A stretch of 64,000 bases of DNA. Source: Macrostomum lignano. Lineage: Eukaryota. The notes beneath the pieces were generated by a model that saw nothing but the letters and a program-made list of their open reading frames with translations, searched no databases and was not told the origin of the DNA. How positions within the stretch are numbered: position 1 is the first letter of the stretch; each line of letters begins with the position of its first letter. Of this stretch, positions 47,249 to 58,500 are shown one piece after another. The position numbers and the translations under genes are program-made. The stretch is from contig NIVC01000158.1 in the NCBI GenBank assembly GCA_002269645.1, positions 620,001-684,000 of the forward strand, written 5' to 3'.

Positions 47249-47878
47249 GGCAGCTAGGCAGTTATGGCAGGCTCAGCTTTGCTTCGAAATCCAGGTGCGG
47301 AGATTTACCTTGCGGGCAAGACCGTCTGCACCCGATCGATAGAAACACGAGGAGGAGGAAGGCAGGGAGAGCCGATGGGAAGAAGAAGGGCGACCTGCTT
47401 CTCTTGCTCCTGTTTCTGGCCCGTCATTTCGTCCCCAGCCTTCCGGAAATTCCCGTCTGGCAGCGGGGCGGGGGAGCGGACGGTGAGTGACGGACTCGCA
47501 CGGTCTGAGAACGCGCAGAAAAAGAGAGGCCTTAAAGGGCTGCCTTAGACGAGCTATTTTTCCTTTAACAGGCATGTCCAATGTGAGCCCCATGTGTTTT
47601 TTGGCTAATCCCTCTGCTGCACTCGCCCATCAGAGCAGGTGCTTCGCTCGTCTCCAACCTGTGCGGTCCCTGGGATGAATTCTCTTTCACGCATCAGTTG
47701 GTTTTATCAAAGAAACTGTGAGCCTTCTGACAGAGCGAAAAAGACTGCGAAATGAGGACCGAATTCCAGGGGACAGTAGAAGGTTGATTTTTATGCTCTA
47801 GCTGTATTAAATACAATTTTGGGTAAGTAAAGATCGCTACAGAGTGTTTGAGGGTAGACAGTCTAGAGCATTATCGAG

Positions 47879-48500
47879 GTAAGACATGGGGTATGATGGA
47901 GGGTAAGACATGGGATATGATGGAGGGTAAGACATGGGATATGATGGAGGGTAAGACATGGGATATGATGGAGGGTAAAACATGGGGTATGATGGAGGGT
48001 AAGACATGGGGTATGATGGAGGGTAAAACATGGGGTATGATGGAGGGTAAGACATGGGGTATGATGGAGGGTAAAACATGGGGTAAGGCGGAGGGTAAAA
48101 CATGGGGTAAGGCGGAGGGTAAAACATAGGGCATGGCGGAGGGTAAAACATGGGGTATGATGGAGGGTAAGACATGGGGTATGATGGATGGTAAAACATG
48201 GGGTATGATGGAGGGTAAGACATGGGGTATGATGGAGGGTAAGACATGGGGTATGATGGAGGGTAAGACATGGGGTATGATGGAGGGTAAGACATGGAGT
48301 ATGATGGAGGGTAAGACATGGGGTATGATGGAGGGTAAGACATGGGGTATGATGGAGGGTAAGACATGAGATATGATGGAGGGTAAAACATAGGGTATGG
48401 CGGAGGGTAAAACATGGGTTATGATGGAGGGTAAAGCAAGGGATATGATGGAGAGTAAAACATGGGATATGATGGAGGGTAAAGCAAGGGATATGATGGA
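47879..48500. repeat. 24-bp minisatellite (CATGGGGTATGATGGAGGGTAAGA)n
   Basis: About 26 copies read directly. Confidence 0.95.
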
Positions 48501-49224
48501 GGGTAAACAGATGGGCATGTTGGAGGGCTCATGGAGGGAGGCTGAGTTTGCAGAGGCAAGCGAAGACCTGAATGTCTCTATAGCGGCATGCGGGAGGAAG
48601 AGCTGCTGATAAGACGAAGATTAATTTGATGATGGCATTAAAGATAGGCCAAAGCAGCTGTGGCTCTCAAGTTAGTTTGAGTAGCTAGCGGCGGCCTGAC
48701 TCACTCCCCCAGCATCGTCATCAATCCATATCCAGCTGCTGCATCTCAATCGGGGGCGGGGGAGGAAGAGCCGGACCGGAACTGCCTCCGGTGGTGGCGG
48801 CTGCCAGGTCTCCCAGATCCCCATGCGATGCGAAGAGATTGAAGACTGGAGAGCGAAAATCTTATGGAATAATCTAAGGAATATTGGAAGCGATTAGTGA
48901 GGCCTTAGCTGTACCTGCTCGTTAGTTAGATTGGGAAACTGAGGGAGGGGCGAGTAGGACAAGCTCAGGACTGCTGCATCTCCTCTTTGCTGTGTCGCTT
49001 CATCACGCCAGCGCATCTCCCCAATTAGTCTGTTCATCCGTGACCCTCCCGCCCTGCTCCATCCTCTCCCGAGGTCTGAGTCTCCGCCCCATCCTCGAGC
49101 CTAACGAGCAGGCAGTTCCTTGAATGTCTGCTTGTTTCCTGCATCTTTTACGGTTTCTACATGCCTGCAGTAATCTGAGGTTGCGGTTCGTTCTCTCCGT
49201 TTCCTATCTCCTTCCCTCCCCTCT

Positions 49225-49540
49225 GGGTCTCTCAGCCTCCTCTCTCCGTCTCCATGTCTCTCTCCTTCCCCTCTGTGTCTCTCAGCCTCCTCTCTCCATC
49301 TCCACGTCTCTCTCCCTCCCCTCTGTGTCTCTCAGCCTCCTCTCTCCATCTCCACGTCTCTCTCCCTCCCCTCTGTGTCTCTCAGCCTCCTCTCTCCATC
49401 TCCACGTCTCTCTCCCTCCCCTCTGTGTCTCTCAGCCTCCTCTCTACATCTCCTTGTGCCTCTCTCAGCCTCCGCTCTCCATCTCCTTGCCTCCCTCCTT
49501 CTCCACTGTGTCTCTCAGCCTCCTCTCTCCATCTCCTTGT
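49225..49540. repeat. 50-bp pyrimidine-rich minisatellite
   Basis: CTCTGTGTCTCTCAGCCTCCTCTCTCCATCTCCACGTCTCTCTCCCTCCC-like units with a period of 50. Confidence 0.88.
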
Positions 49541-49907
49541 AAAGCTTGCATGACTTATAATACGCATCTTTTAAAACGTAATTCCTAATTCCCAGCAGAC
49601 TTAATTCTGTAAGTCTCGACTTCCCACTGCATATTAGCAGCCTGTCAATCAAGCGGTTTCTTTTTAAATTTTGTTGCGCAATCTCAGAAATTGCTTCACC
49701 ACCCGGATGAGTTGCAGTGATGAATAAAAAACAAGCTTTGAAGCTTTTGCTGTAGAAAATTCTTTTTAAGAGCCTTTGCTGCTATTGTGAAGTGTCTCAA
49801 TAAAGTAAGGAGCTTTCGGCGTGACTCAACTCAAGCCGGTGTTTTTGGGGGTGGTTATTGGCCATGCCAAGCTGGAGGACTGCGGAGCTCCTGGAAATAA
49901 TATGGCA

Positions 49908-50636
49908 ATGAGAATGAGAGTGAGAATGAGAGTGAAATTGAGAATGGGAATGAGAGTGAAAGTGAGAATGAGAGTGAGAATGAGAATGGGAGTGGGAATG
50001 AGAATGAGAATGAGAATGAGAGTGAGAATGAAAATGAGAATGAGATTGTGAATGAGAATGAAAATGAGAATGAGAATGAGAATGAGAATGAGAATGATAA
50101 TGTGAATGAGAATGAAAATGAGAATGAGAATGAGAATGGGAATGAGAATGGGAATGAGAATGGGAATGAGAATGAGAGTGAGAGTGGGAATGAGAGTGAG
50201 AATGAGAGTGAGAATGAGAATGAGAATGAGAGTGAGAGTGGGAATGAGAATGGGAATGAGAGTGGGAATGAGAATGAGAATGAAAATGAGAGTGAGAATG
50301 AGAGTGGGAATGAGAGTGGGAATGAGAATGGGAATGAGAATGAGAGTGGAAATGAGAATGGGAATGAGAATGGGAATGAGAATGAGAATGAGAATGAGAG
50401 TGAGAATGAGAGTGAGAATGAGAGTGAGAATGAGAGTGATAATGAGAGTGAGAATGAGAGTGAGAATGAGAGTGAGAATAAGAGTGAGAATGAGAATGAG
50501 AATGAGAATGAGAGTGGAAATGAGAATGGGAATGAGAATGGGAATGAGAATGGGAATGAGAATGGAAATGAGAATGAGAGTGAGAATGAGAGTGGGAATG
50601 AGAATGGGAATGAGAATGAGAATGAGAATGAGAATT
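49908..50636. repeat. Hexamer repeat GAGAAT/GAGAGT/GGGAAT (poly His-Ser in one minus-strand frame)
   Basis: About 120 units read directly. Confidence 0.95.
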
Positions 50637-51657
50637 TGTAGATTTCCTTTCAGCTGGAGCAGCTGGAGCTGGGAAAGTCTTCTTGGCACTGGGACAGGCC
50701 TGAACTAAGAGCTGCCAACTGGGGGACAGACAGCTGTCAAGGAAGAGAATGAGTTTTTTACTCCTAAGCTGACTCAACCCACTGTTGGGAAGAAATCAAA
50801 TTTGTACCGCAAAAATACTCCCAACCCTCATTGTGTTGAGTTGAGTGGTAAAGGTAGAATGTGGCTGAGCCAAGGAGACCCCACTTTAAAAGTCTGGAGT
50901 GACAGCTTCAAACCTCATAGTTTTGGACAACTGTAGGCTGACGGCAAAAGATTGACAATTGCTTTCTGACAGTCCAGCCTATAGTTGTCTAAAAATGCAG
51001 TGCTTGAGAGGAACTCCAAATTGCTGCTCTAGCTCTCCTTGTCCTCATTTGGTGAGGCCAGGGAAGAGGTGAACTGTGGTGAGCAGGAGGTGAGAACGGG
51101 AAATATTCCCTCCCCTACCCTGCAGAGCCACCGTTGATGAACTTTTTACTGTGTCTGGCCCACCACTAAATAATAAAACCTGGATCGATACTGGAGGCTT
51201 GGACTCTGGGCTCTCTGCCTCTCCCTCTCTCACAATGATGATGGCTTACTCATTGTCACCACCTGGCACAAGTACAGTCAATTCAGTCTGAGCCTCCTCA
51301 CTGAGCGGACTTTATTGTGCTGATTGACAGGTGATGTGATAGATCTGGGAGCCTGTATAGAACCTGGGAGCTTCCAGAACAGGGTGGCAGAGTGCTTAGT
51401 CGGACTAAGCGCCCCCACTCGAAGCAATTCAAGGTTAGAAAATAGAATTGAGCAATAAAGCAGGTGTGAGTCATTGCGCAGCTGGGATCTGGGAATCGGA
51501 CCTCGGTTTCTGCGATACAGATTGCCAGCCTTTGGGTTGATACTGACCGGGATTGGGGCGGTTTATTGCGATTCAATGTTGGTTAAGCCTGTTTTAATAA
51601 AACTGTGGGTTATTTTTAACTGGTGTAATTCAGGGGAATTGTGTACTACTACTAACT

Positions 51658-52800
51658 AATGCTACCGCTACTGCTAATGCTAATGCTAATGCTACTGCTA
51701 CTGCTACTGCTACTGCTACTGCTACTGCTACTGCTACTGCTACTGCTAATGCTAATGCAAATGCTAATGCTACCGCTACTGCTACTGCTACTGCTACTGC
51801 TAATGCTAATGCAAATCTAATGCTACTGGTACTGGTACTGGTACTGCTACTGCTAGTGCTAATGCTAATGCAAATGCTAATGCTACTGCTACTGCTACTG
51901 GTACTGCTACTGCTAATGCTAATGCTAATGCAAATGCAAATGCTACTGCTACTGCTACTGCTACTGCTACTGCTACTGCTAATTCTAATGCTAATGCTAA
52001 TGCTAATGCAAATGCTAATGCTACTGCTAATGCTAATGCTAATGCTAATGCAAATGCGAATGCTACTGCTACTGCTACTGCTAATGCAAATGCTAATGCT
52101 ACTGCTAATGCTAATGCTAATGCTAATGCTAATGCTAGTGCTAATGCTAATGCTACTGCTAATGCTAATGCTAATGATAATGCTACTGCTAATGCTAATG
52201 CTAATGATAATGCTACTGCTACTGCTACTGCTACTGCTACTGCTACTGCTACTGCTAATGCTAATGCAAATGCTAATGCTACCGCTACTGCTACTGCTAC
52301 TGCTACTGCTAATGCTAATGCAAATGCTAATGCTACTGGTACTGGTACTGGTACTGCTACTGCTAGTGCTAATGCTAATGCAAATGCTAATGCTACTGCT
52401 ACTGCTACTGGTACTGCTACTGCTAATGCTAATGCTAATGCAAATGCAAATGCTACTGCTACTGCTACTGCTACTGCTACTGCTACTGCTAATTCTAATG
52501 CTAATGCTAATGCTAATGCAAATGCTAATGCTACTGCTAATGCTAATGCTAATGCTAATGCAAATGCGAATGCTACTGCTACTGCTACTGCTAATGCAAA
52601 TGCTAATGCTACTGCTAATGCTAATGCTAATGCTAATGCTAATGCTAGTGCTAATGCTAATGCTACTGCTAATGCTAATGCTAATGATAATGCTACTGCT
52701 AATGCTAATGCTAATGATAATGCTACTGCTAATGCTAATGCTAATGCTAATGCTAATACTAATGCTAATGCAAATGCTAATGCTACAGCTAATGCTACTG
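51658..52800. repeat. Hexamer repeat GCTAAT/GCTACT/GCAAAT with an internal 510-bp higher-order duplication
   Basis: Read directly; the rare GGTACTx3-GCTAGT block recurs at 51828 and 52338. Confidence 0.95.
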
Positions 52801-54269
52801 CTACAGCAACTCACGCTGCATGCCCTCGCTGTGGCCAGAATTATCATCGCTGCTTGTAGACATTGTCGAAGACTTTCCAGCCGAAGAGCGCAGCATGGCG
52901 CTGCCGCTGGAGCAGCCGTGTCGGTGGCTGCAGTCGGAGTCCGCCATGCAGCAGTCGCCGACCGGCTCCTCGGGAATGGCTGCAATGTGCGACACAGTGG
53001 GAGGGGGGATTCTGATGCTCCGATATGATCTAATATAGATCAAAGGCGGTGACCATAAACTCAGAAGTTTTATTGCAACACAACTGGGCGCTAATGGCAT
53101 TTACCGTGCAGAACATGGTGGCCATGCAGCTTCACCACCATTATTATTCTCTATCTATGATTTAATTGACAGATTCAGCCCTGGTTGAATTCTAGCAACT
53201 TCATGGCCGCCAAGGCCGTGGGTGGCAGTGCGCCGTGCTGCACTTTCTTAGTCAGATGGGATCGTTGCGGGCTGGGCTACGGAGTCGGGTCAGCAGCCCC
53301 GAGGGGATGCGACTGAGTCGCTATTTATTACGGGTCCGTCAACGCGGCCCCGCTCCCCAACTCTCTGTCGTCCCTCGCCGTCAGTCAGCCTCATAGGGCC
53401 GCTACTCTGTGCACTATGGTGATCAACTATAGCTCTGTCAGTGCACTCTCCGGGCGATGGAGATGAGATGCTGGGGCGGACGGAACAGGGGAAGAGCAGT
53501 TTTGGAAGGGGGAACGATGGAGAGAGATGAAGGAAGCTGATGGAAAGAGATGAGAAGACAGGTGTGTTGAGGATAGAAGTGTTTGGGCAGGTGATGAGAG
53601 TGGTTGCTAGGGGAGCCCACGTAGGGAAAAATTATCCAAAAAGCAACGGAGAGCGCGAGAACCGACATCAGGTAGAGGTGTACGGTGTACTCCTACCCAC
53701 CGCGCACAGGTACCTCAGGCAGAAAACTAATCACACGACTTTAACGCATCGCAGCCCAATTAAATCTAGTTACAGTGGGAGCACCTGCTGCTAGAAGCAA
53801 TCCGAAGCCAGAAAACTTCAAATTTGCCCCGAGGAATTTCAAATTAACTTCAGTGCGGTTTCAACAAAAATTTCTAGTAAGACTGGAAGGAGGCTTGCTA
53901 CAGTCAAAGCGGCGACAAAGTGTTCTAGAATATTGCTTCTATAGCTGTGTGTCTTTTTCTCCAAGCAACTTTTAGGGGAAGGCTTTGTTCGTTCGCGGCG
54001 CTATAGACTCAAAAAGGTTGGTCGCACCTTTGCGAAGCAAATGGATACATTTTTTCTGCTGTAACTTCCCCTGCTGCAGCGACTGTTTCGTCGGTAATAT
54101 CGGTAATCTGTTTTGAACTGAAAGCACTTGCTGCAGTGCAACCAAGAATGAGGGGTTCATTCGCAACAGTTGTAAAGACACAACTCCGCCATAACTTCAA
54201 AGGCGGAGTGTCTGCGGAATTGAAAAAATATGCCCCCTTAGCCTTAGCTCGTAAGAATGAGACACTATG

Positions 54270-54461
54270 GGCCGTATGCAGAAAGCTCTGTCTAGGGTAG
54301 TCCGGTCTTGAAAAGCTAGTCTGGACTTGGATTTGGTATGCAGAAACACAAAGTTAGACCAGTCTACTATAGACAGAACTAAGGTAGCTAGACCATAGAC
54401 TATAGACTAAACTACCCAAGTCCGGACTAGCTAGTCTGGACTAAGCTTTCTGCATACGGCC
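54270..54461. mobile_element. MITE-like element, 192 bp, perfect 18-bp TIR GGCCGTATGCAGAAAGCT
   Basis: TIRs at 54270-54287 and 54444-54461; TSD not clean. A GGC terminus would suit PIF/Harbinger (inference). Confidence 0.7.
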
Positions 54462-54495
54462 TTATAGCCAACCAAGTTAAGAATTGCCATTTGGC

Positions 54496-54710
54496 AGCAG
54501 TGGATTTGGTCTTGCCCATAGACATAGACGGAAAAGGCAAGGAAGTTGATAATTCTGATCTACTGCACGGAAATCGATGTTAAGCTCCTGAGAGACAGTC
54601 TATGGGAGAGGTTGCTGCTGGCATTCTTTTTCGTGCTGATGTCTATGGCCAAATTATCAACTTGTTTGCCTCTTCCGTCTATGTCTATGGGCAAGACCAA
54701 ATCCACTGCT
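54496..54710. mobile_element. Foldback/MITE-like element with 59-bp inverted arms (56/59 matched)
   Basis: Arms at 54496-54554 and 54652-54710; weaker outer symmetry reaches about 54465 and 54733. Confidence 0.75.
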
Positions 54711-54947
54711 ACTATTCTCAACTTAGCTGGCTTAACTATACATTTTTGCTTCCTATTTAGTTCGTTGCAAAGAGCCCAGCAAATTTAATATTCACCATAG
54801 ACTAAGAATATAACTTTTCGCTATAAGAATATAACCCATTCTGGCCTCATCATCAGAGCTTCTAGTATGCATACAGAGCTGGTGCCTGCATGTGTTTGAT
54901 TGGGGCTTATCGAAAAATTTGTTGAATTCATTTTGGAGAAATAAGGA

Positions 54948-54994
54948 GACAGACAGACCCTAAGACAGACACTAAGACAGACAGACAGACCCTA

Positions 54995-55035
<41 letters not shown>

Positions 55036-55092
55036 CACAGACAGACAGACAGACAGACACACAGACAGACAGACACACACACACACACACAC

Positions 55093-55161
<69 letters not shown>

Positions 55162-55166
55162 TAGAC

Positions 55167-55230
<64 letters not shown>
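54948..55230. repeat. (GACA)n/(CA)n microsatellite
   Basis: Read directly. Confidence 0.97.
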
Positions 55231-55231
<1 letters not shown>

Positions 55232-55520
55232 TACAAGTGTCTGTGTGTTTAGCTGGACCTCAGAAGTTTTAATGCATTACATGGACCACCGACTTTTTTA
55301 CTTTTAATAGAGCCTTTTTTAAGTTCACGAAAGATCTTCAAAAGTTTGTTTACTTTTGAAGCTGACAGAGGCTCTCATTAGTGGAAATTGCACCAGTATT
55401 TTTATTACTTAAACTGGACCGGTTTATATGGACACCGACAGAACGTGTTTTAGGTGAACCTTCACACCGATTCAAAATCATAGACCAAATTTAGCGTAAA
55501 CCTAACACTGACAGCTAAGG

Positions 55521-58500
55521 TTAAACACAGACCGAGGCAATTGGAAATAATCGATTTAACGTAAAGGAAACAATTTTAAAGAAACACAAAACATTGAATT
55601 TTTTTTGCCGGATTCGTTGATCCTGCTTCTCGGATTCTCGAAGGCCGTATAAATCCGGATTAGTAAAATAGTCGAACACTTGTAGATTTTCAGAAAAAAT
55701 TGGTCCACCCCGACGGCTTGCATCCCCAATAACAACTGCTGTTCCAGACAGGATTTTGCCGTGATTTAATGCAAATGATCCTGCCGCATTAGCTGAGTCG
55801 GCTTGAATAGCAATATAGCCGCGGTCACGTAAATAGTCTCGAACCTCTAGTAGACTGATATTTGGAATTCCAAGGAGCCTTGTTTCTGCAACATCGTCAT
55901 CGGCAGAGCAAAAGCCAGAATATGCACTGGCTGCGGTAGCCATTTTTTGCATCGCACATCCCCGTGGCAACTGCACTGTTGTCGATATGTTCGAAATGGA
56001 CATTTCCGAACAGTTCGCAGGTGTTGAAATTGAGACGACGAAGTCCACCTATGAAATTAATTAAATTACATAAAATACTTTGTATAACGTTCAGTAAAAT
56101 GCAATCAAATTGTTCTATCATTAGGATTAAGAAGCGTTAAAAGATACGCTCGAATACGCTCACTTAAATTGATACCAACAATAGAACTAAAAAACAACTT
56201 AACGTTTACTACCAAAACTAACTTCGACAACAACAAATACTAAAGTCGCTTACCTGATTTGAAAAAAACGAAGCAATAGTGCCACCAAAATACTTCACGC
56301 CTTCTTCACATAGCCGATCACGGTTAAAAGCCTTTGAATATGCGAAAAAAACTTTTTGTCTTGAAACCAATTCGTTGAAAACTCGTTTCTGCTGTCGACT
56401 GCCTAAAATGTAAGTACCACTAAAAACATACAAAGCAAAACAAAAGGGAAACATTCTTATACTATTCACAGGCACTACATTTCAATTTATTTTAAAGAGA
56501 TAATCAGAACTGGCGGAATATCGGACCTTAAGAGAGTCTGAGAATGAGAGCTTATAAGCTGGACCCCAGATCAGGGCACCATCTTACACTGACTGCGTCT
56601 GTCTGTTGGTGTCACGGTGTGTTAGCTGGACCCCAGATCAGGGCACCATCTTACACTGACTGCGTCTGTCTGTTGGTGTCACGGTGTGTTAGCTGGACCC
56701 CAGATCAGGGCACCATCTTACACTGACTGCGTCTGTCTGTTGGTGTCACGGTGTGTTAGCTGGACCAAAGATCAGGGCACCATCTTACACTGACTGCGTC
56801 TGTCTGTTGGTGTCACGGTGTGTTAGCTGGACCCCAGATCAGGGCACCATCTTACACTGACTGCGTCTGTCTGTTGGTGTCACGGTGTGTTAGCTGGACC
56901 CCAGATCAGGGCACCATCTTAAACTGACTGCGTCTGTCTGTTGGTGTCACGGTGTGTTAGCTGGACCACAGATCAGGGCACCATCTTACACTGACTGCGT
57001 CTGTCTGTTGTGTCACGGTGTGTTAGCTGGACCCCAGATCGGGCCACCATCTTAAACTGACTGCGTCTGTCTGTTGGTGTCACGGTGTGTTAGCTGGACC
57101 CCAGATCAGGGCACCATCTTACACTGACTGCGTCTGTCTGTTGGTGTCACGGTGTGTTAGCTGGACCCCAGATCGGGCCACCATCTTAAACTGACTGCGT
57201 CTGTCTGTTGGTGTCACGGTGTGTTAGCTGGACCCCAGATCGGGCCACCATCTTAAACTGACTGCGTGTGTCCGTTGGTGTCACGGTGTGTTAGCTGGAC
57301 CCCAGATCAGGGCACCATCTTACACTGACTGCGTCTGTCTGTTGGTGTCACGGTGTGTTAGCTGGACCCCAGATCGGGCCACCATCTTAAACTGACTGCG
57401 TCTGTCTGTTGGTGTCACGGTGTGTTAGCTGGACCCCAGATCGGGCCACCATCTTAAACTGACTGCTTCTGTCTGTTGGTGTCACGGTGTGTTAGCTGGA
57501 CCCCAGATCGGGCCACCATCTTAAACTGACTGCGTCTGTCTGTTGGTGTCACGGTGTGTTAGCTGGACCTTAGATAAGGGCAAAATCTAAGACTGTCTTC
57601 TTTAAATTCAAACACTATTAGGAGGAATAATTGTGCGAGTTGCAGTGCAGTTATGAACAAAGGCGTAAAAGTGCAACGCAACAAAGTACTTACAGCAGAA
57701 GAGTTGCCTTTAGCAGTGGCTTGATGAGAGGAGCCAGCTTCACACGAGTCAGCACTTCCACATCGGGACTGCTTGCTTCCTTTCCTCTTGACCTATCTGG
57801 ACTTGTTTCGAGCTCTCTTGGCCGATTCGTGCTGCTCTGGAGAAAAACTGGCCGAGTCTTGATGCTGCTTCTGCTGAATGGCCGAGTCTTGATGCTGCTT
57901 CTGCTGACTGGTCGAGCGACGTTGCTTCTTTGACTTATTGGCCGAGTTCTGCTGCAGCTGAGGAGAGTGACTGGCCGAGTTTTGATGCGGCTTCTGCTGA
58001 CTGGCCGAGTCTTGATGCGGCTTCTGCTGACTGGCCGAGTCTTGATGCGGCTTCTGCTGACTGGCCGAGTTTTGATGCGGCTTCTGCTGACTGGCCGTGT
58101 CTTGATGCGGCTGAGGAGACTGAGTGGCCGGGTTCTGTTGCTGCTTCTGCTGACTGGCCGTGTCTTGTTGCAGCTGAGAAGACTGACTGGTTGAGTCTTG
58201 CTGCTTGGTGTGTATATTAAAAATTCCTTCCGTTAAAACGAAAGCTCTTATTGCGAACTAATATTTTGTAAGTTGGCTAGACTTTTTGTGTCTGTCTCTA
58301 GTTGTCAGTCTCACGTCATGGTGTGTTAGCTGGACCCCAGATCGGGCCACCATCTTAAACTGACTGCGTCTGTCCGTTGGTGTCACGGTGTGTTAGCTGG
58401 ACCCCAGATCGGGGCACCATCTTAAACTGACTGCGTCTGTCTGTTGGTGTCACGGTGTGTTAGCTGGACCCCAGATCAGGGCACCATCTTAAACTGACTG

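Noticed and set aside
47837-48518. PSIIPHVL / PPSYPMSY repeat proteins
   Set aside because: The 24-bp unit is open in several frames, with no frame favoured by synonymous variation; treated as non-coding, although the flank at 48520-48570 is open.
51658-52800. Antifreeze-like (Ala-Thr/Ala-Asn)n protein
   Set aside because: The frame is broken by a 1-nt deletion near 51816, has no start codon, and the array follows a minus-strand splice donor.
57930-58220. Plus-strand DWPSLDAASA repeat ORF
   Set aside because: It is the antisense shadow of the minus-strand exon, which has proper splice sites in phase with its neighbours.
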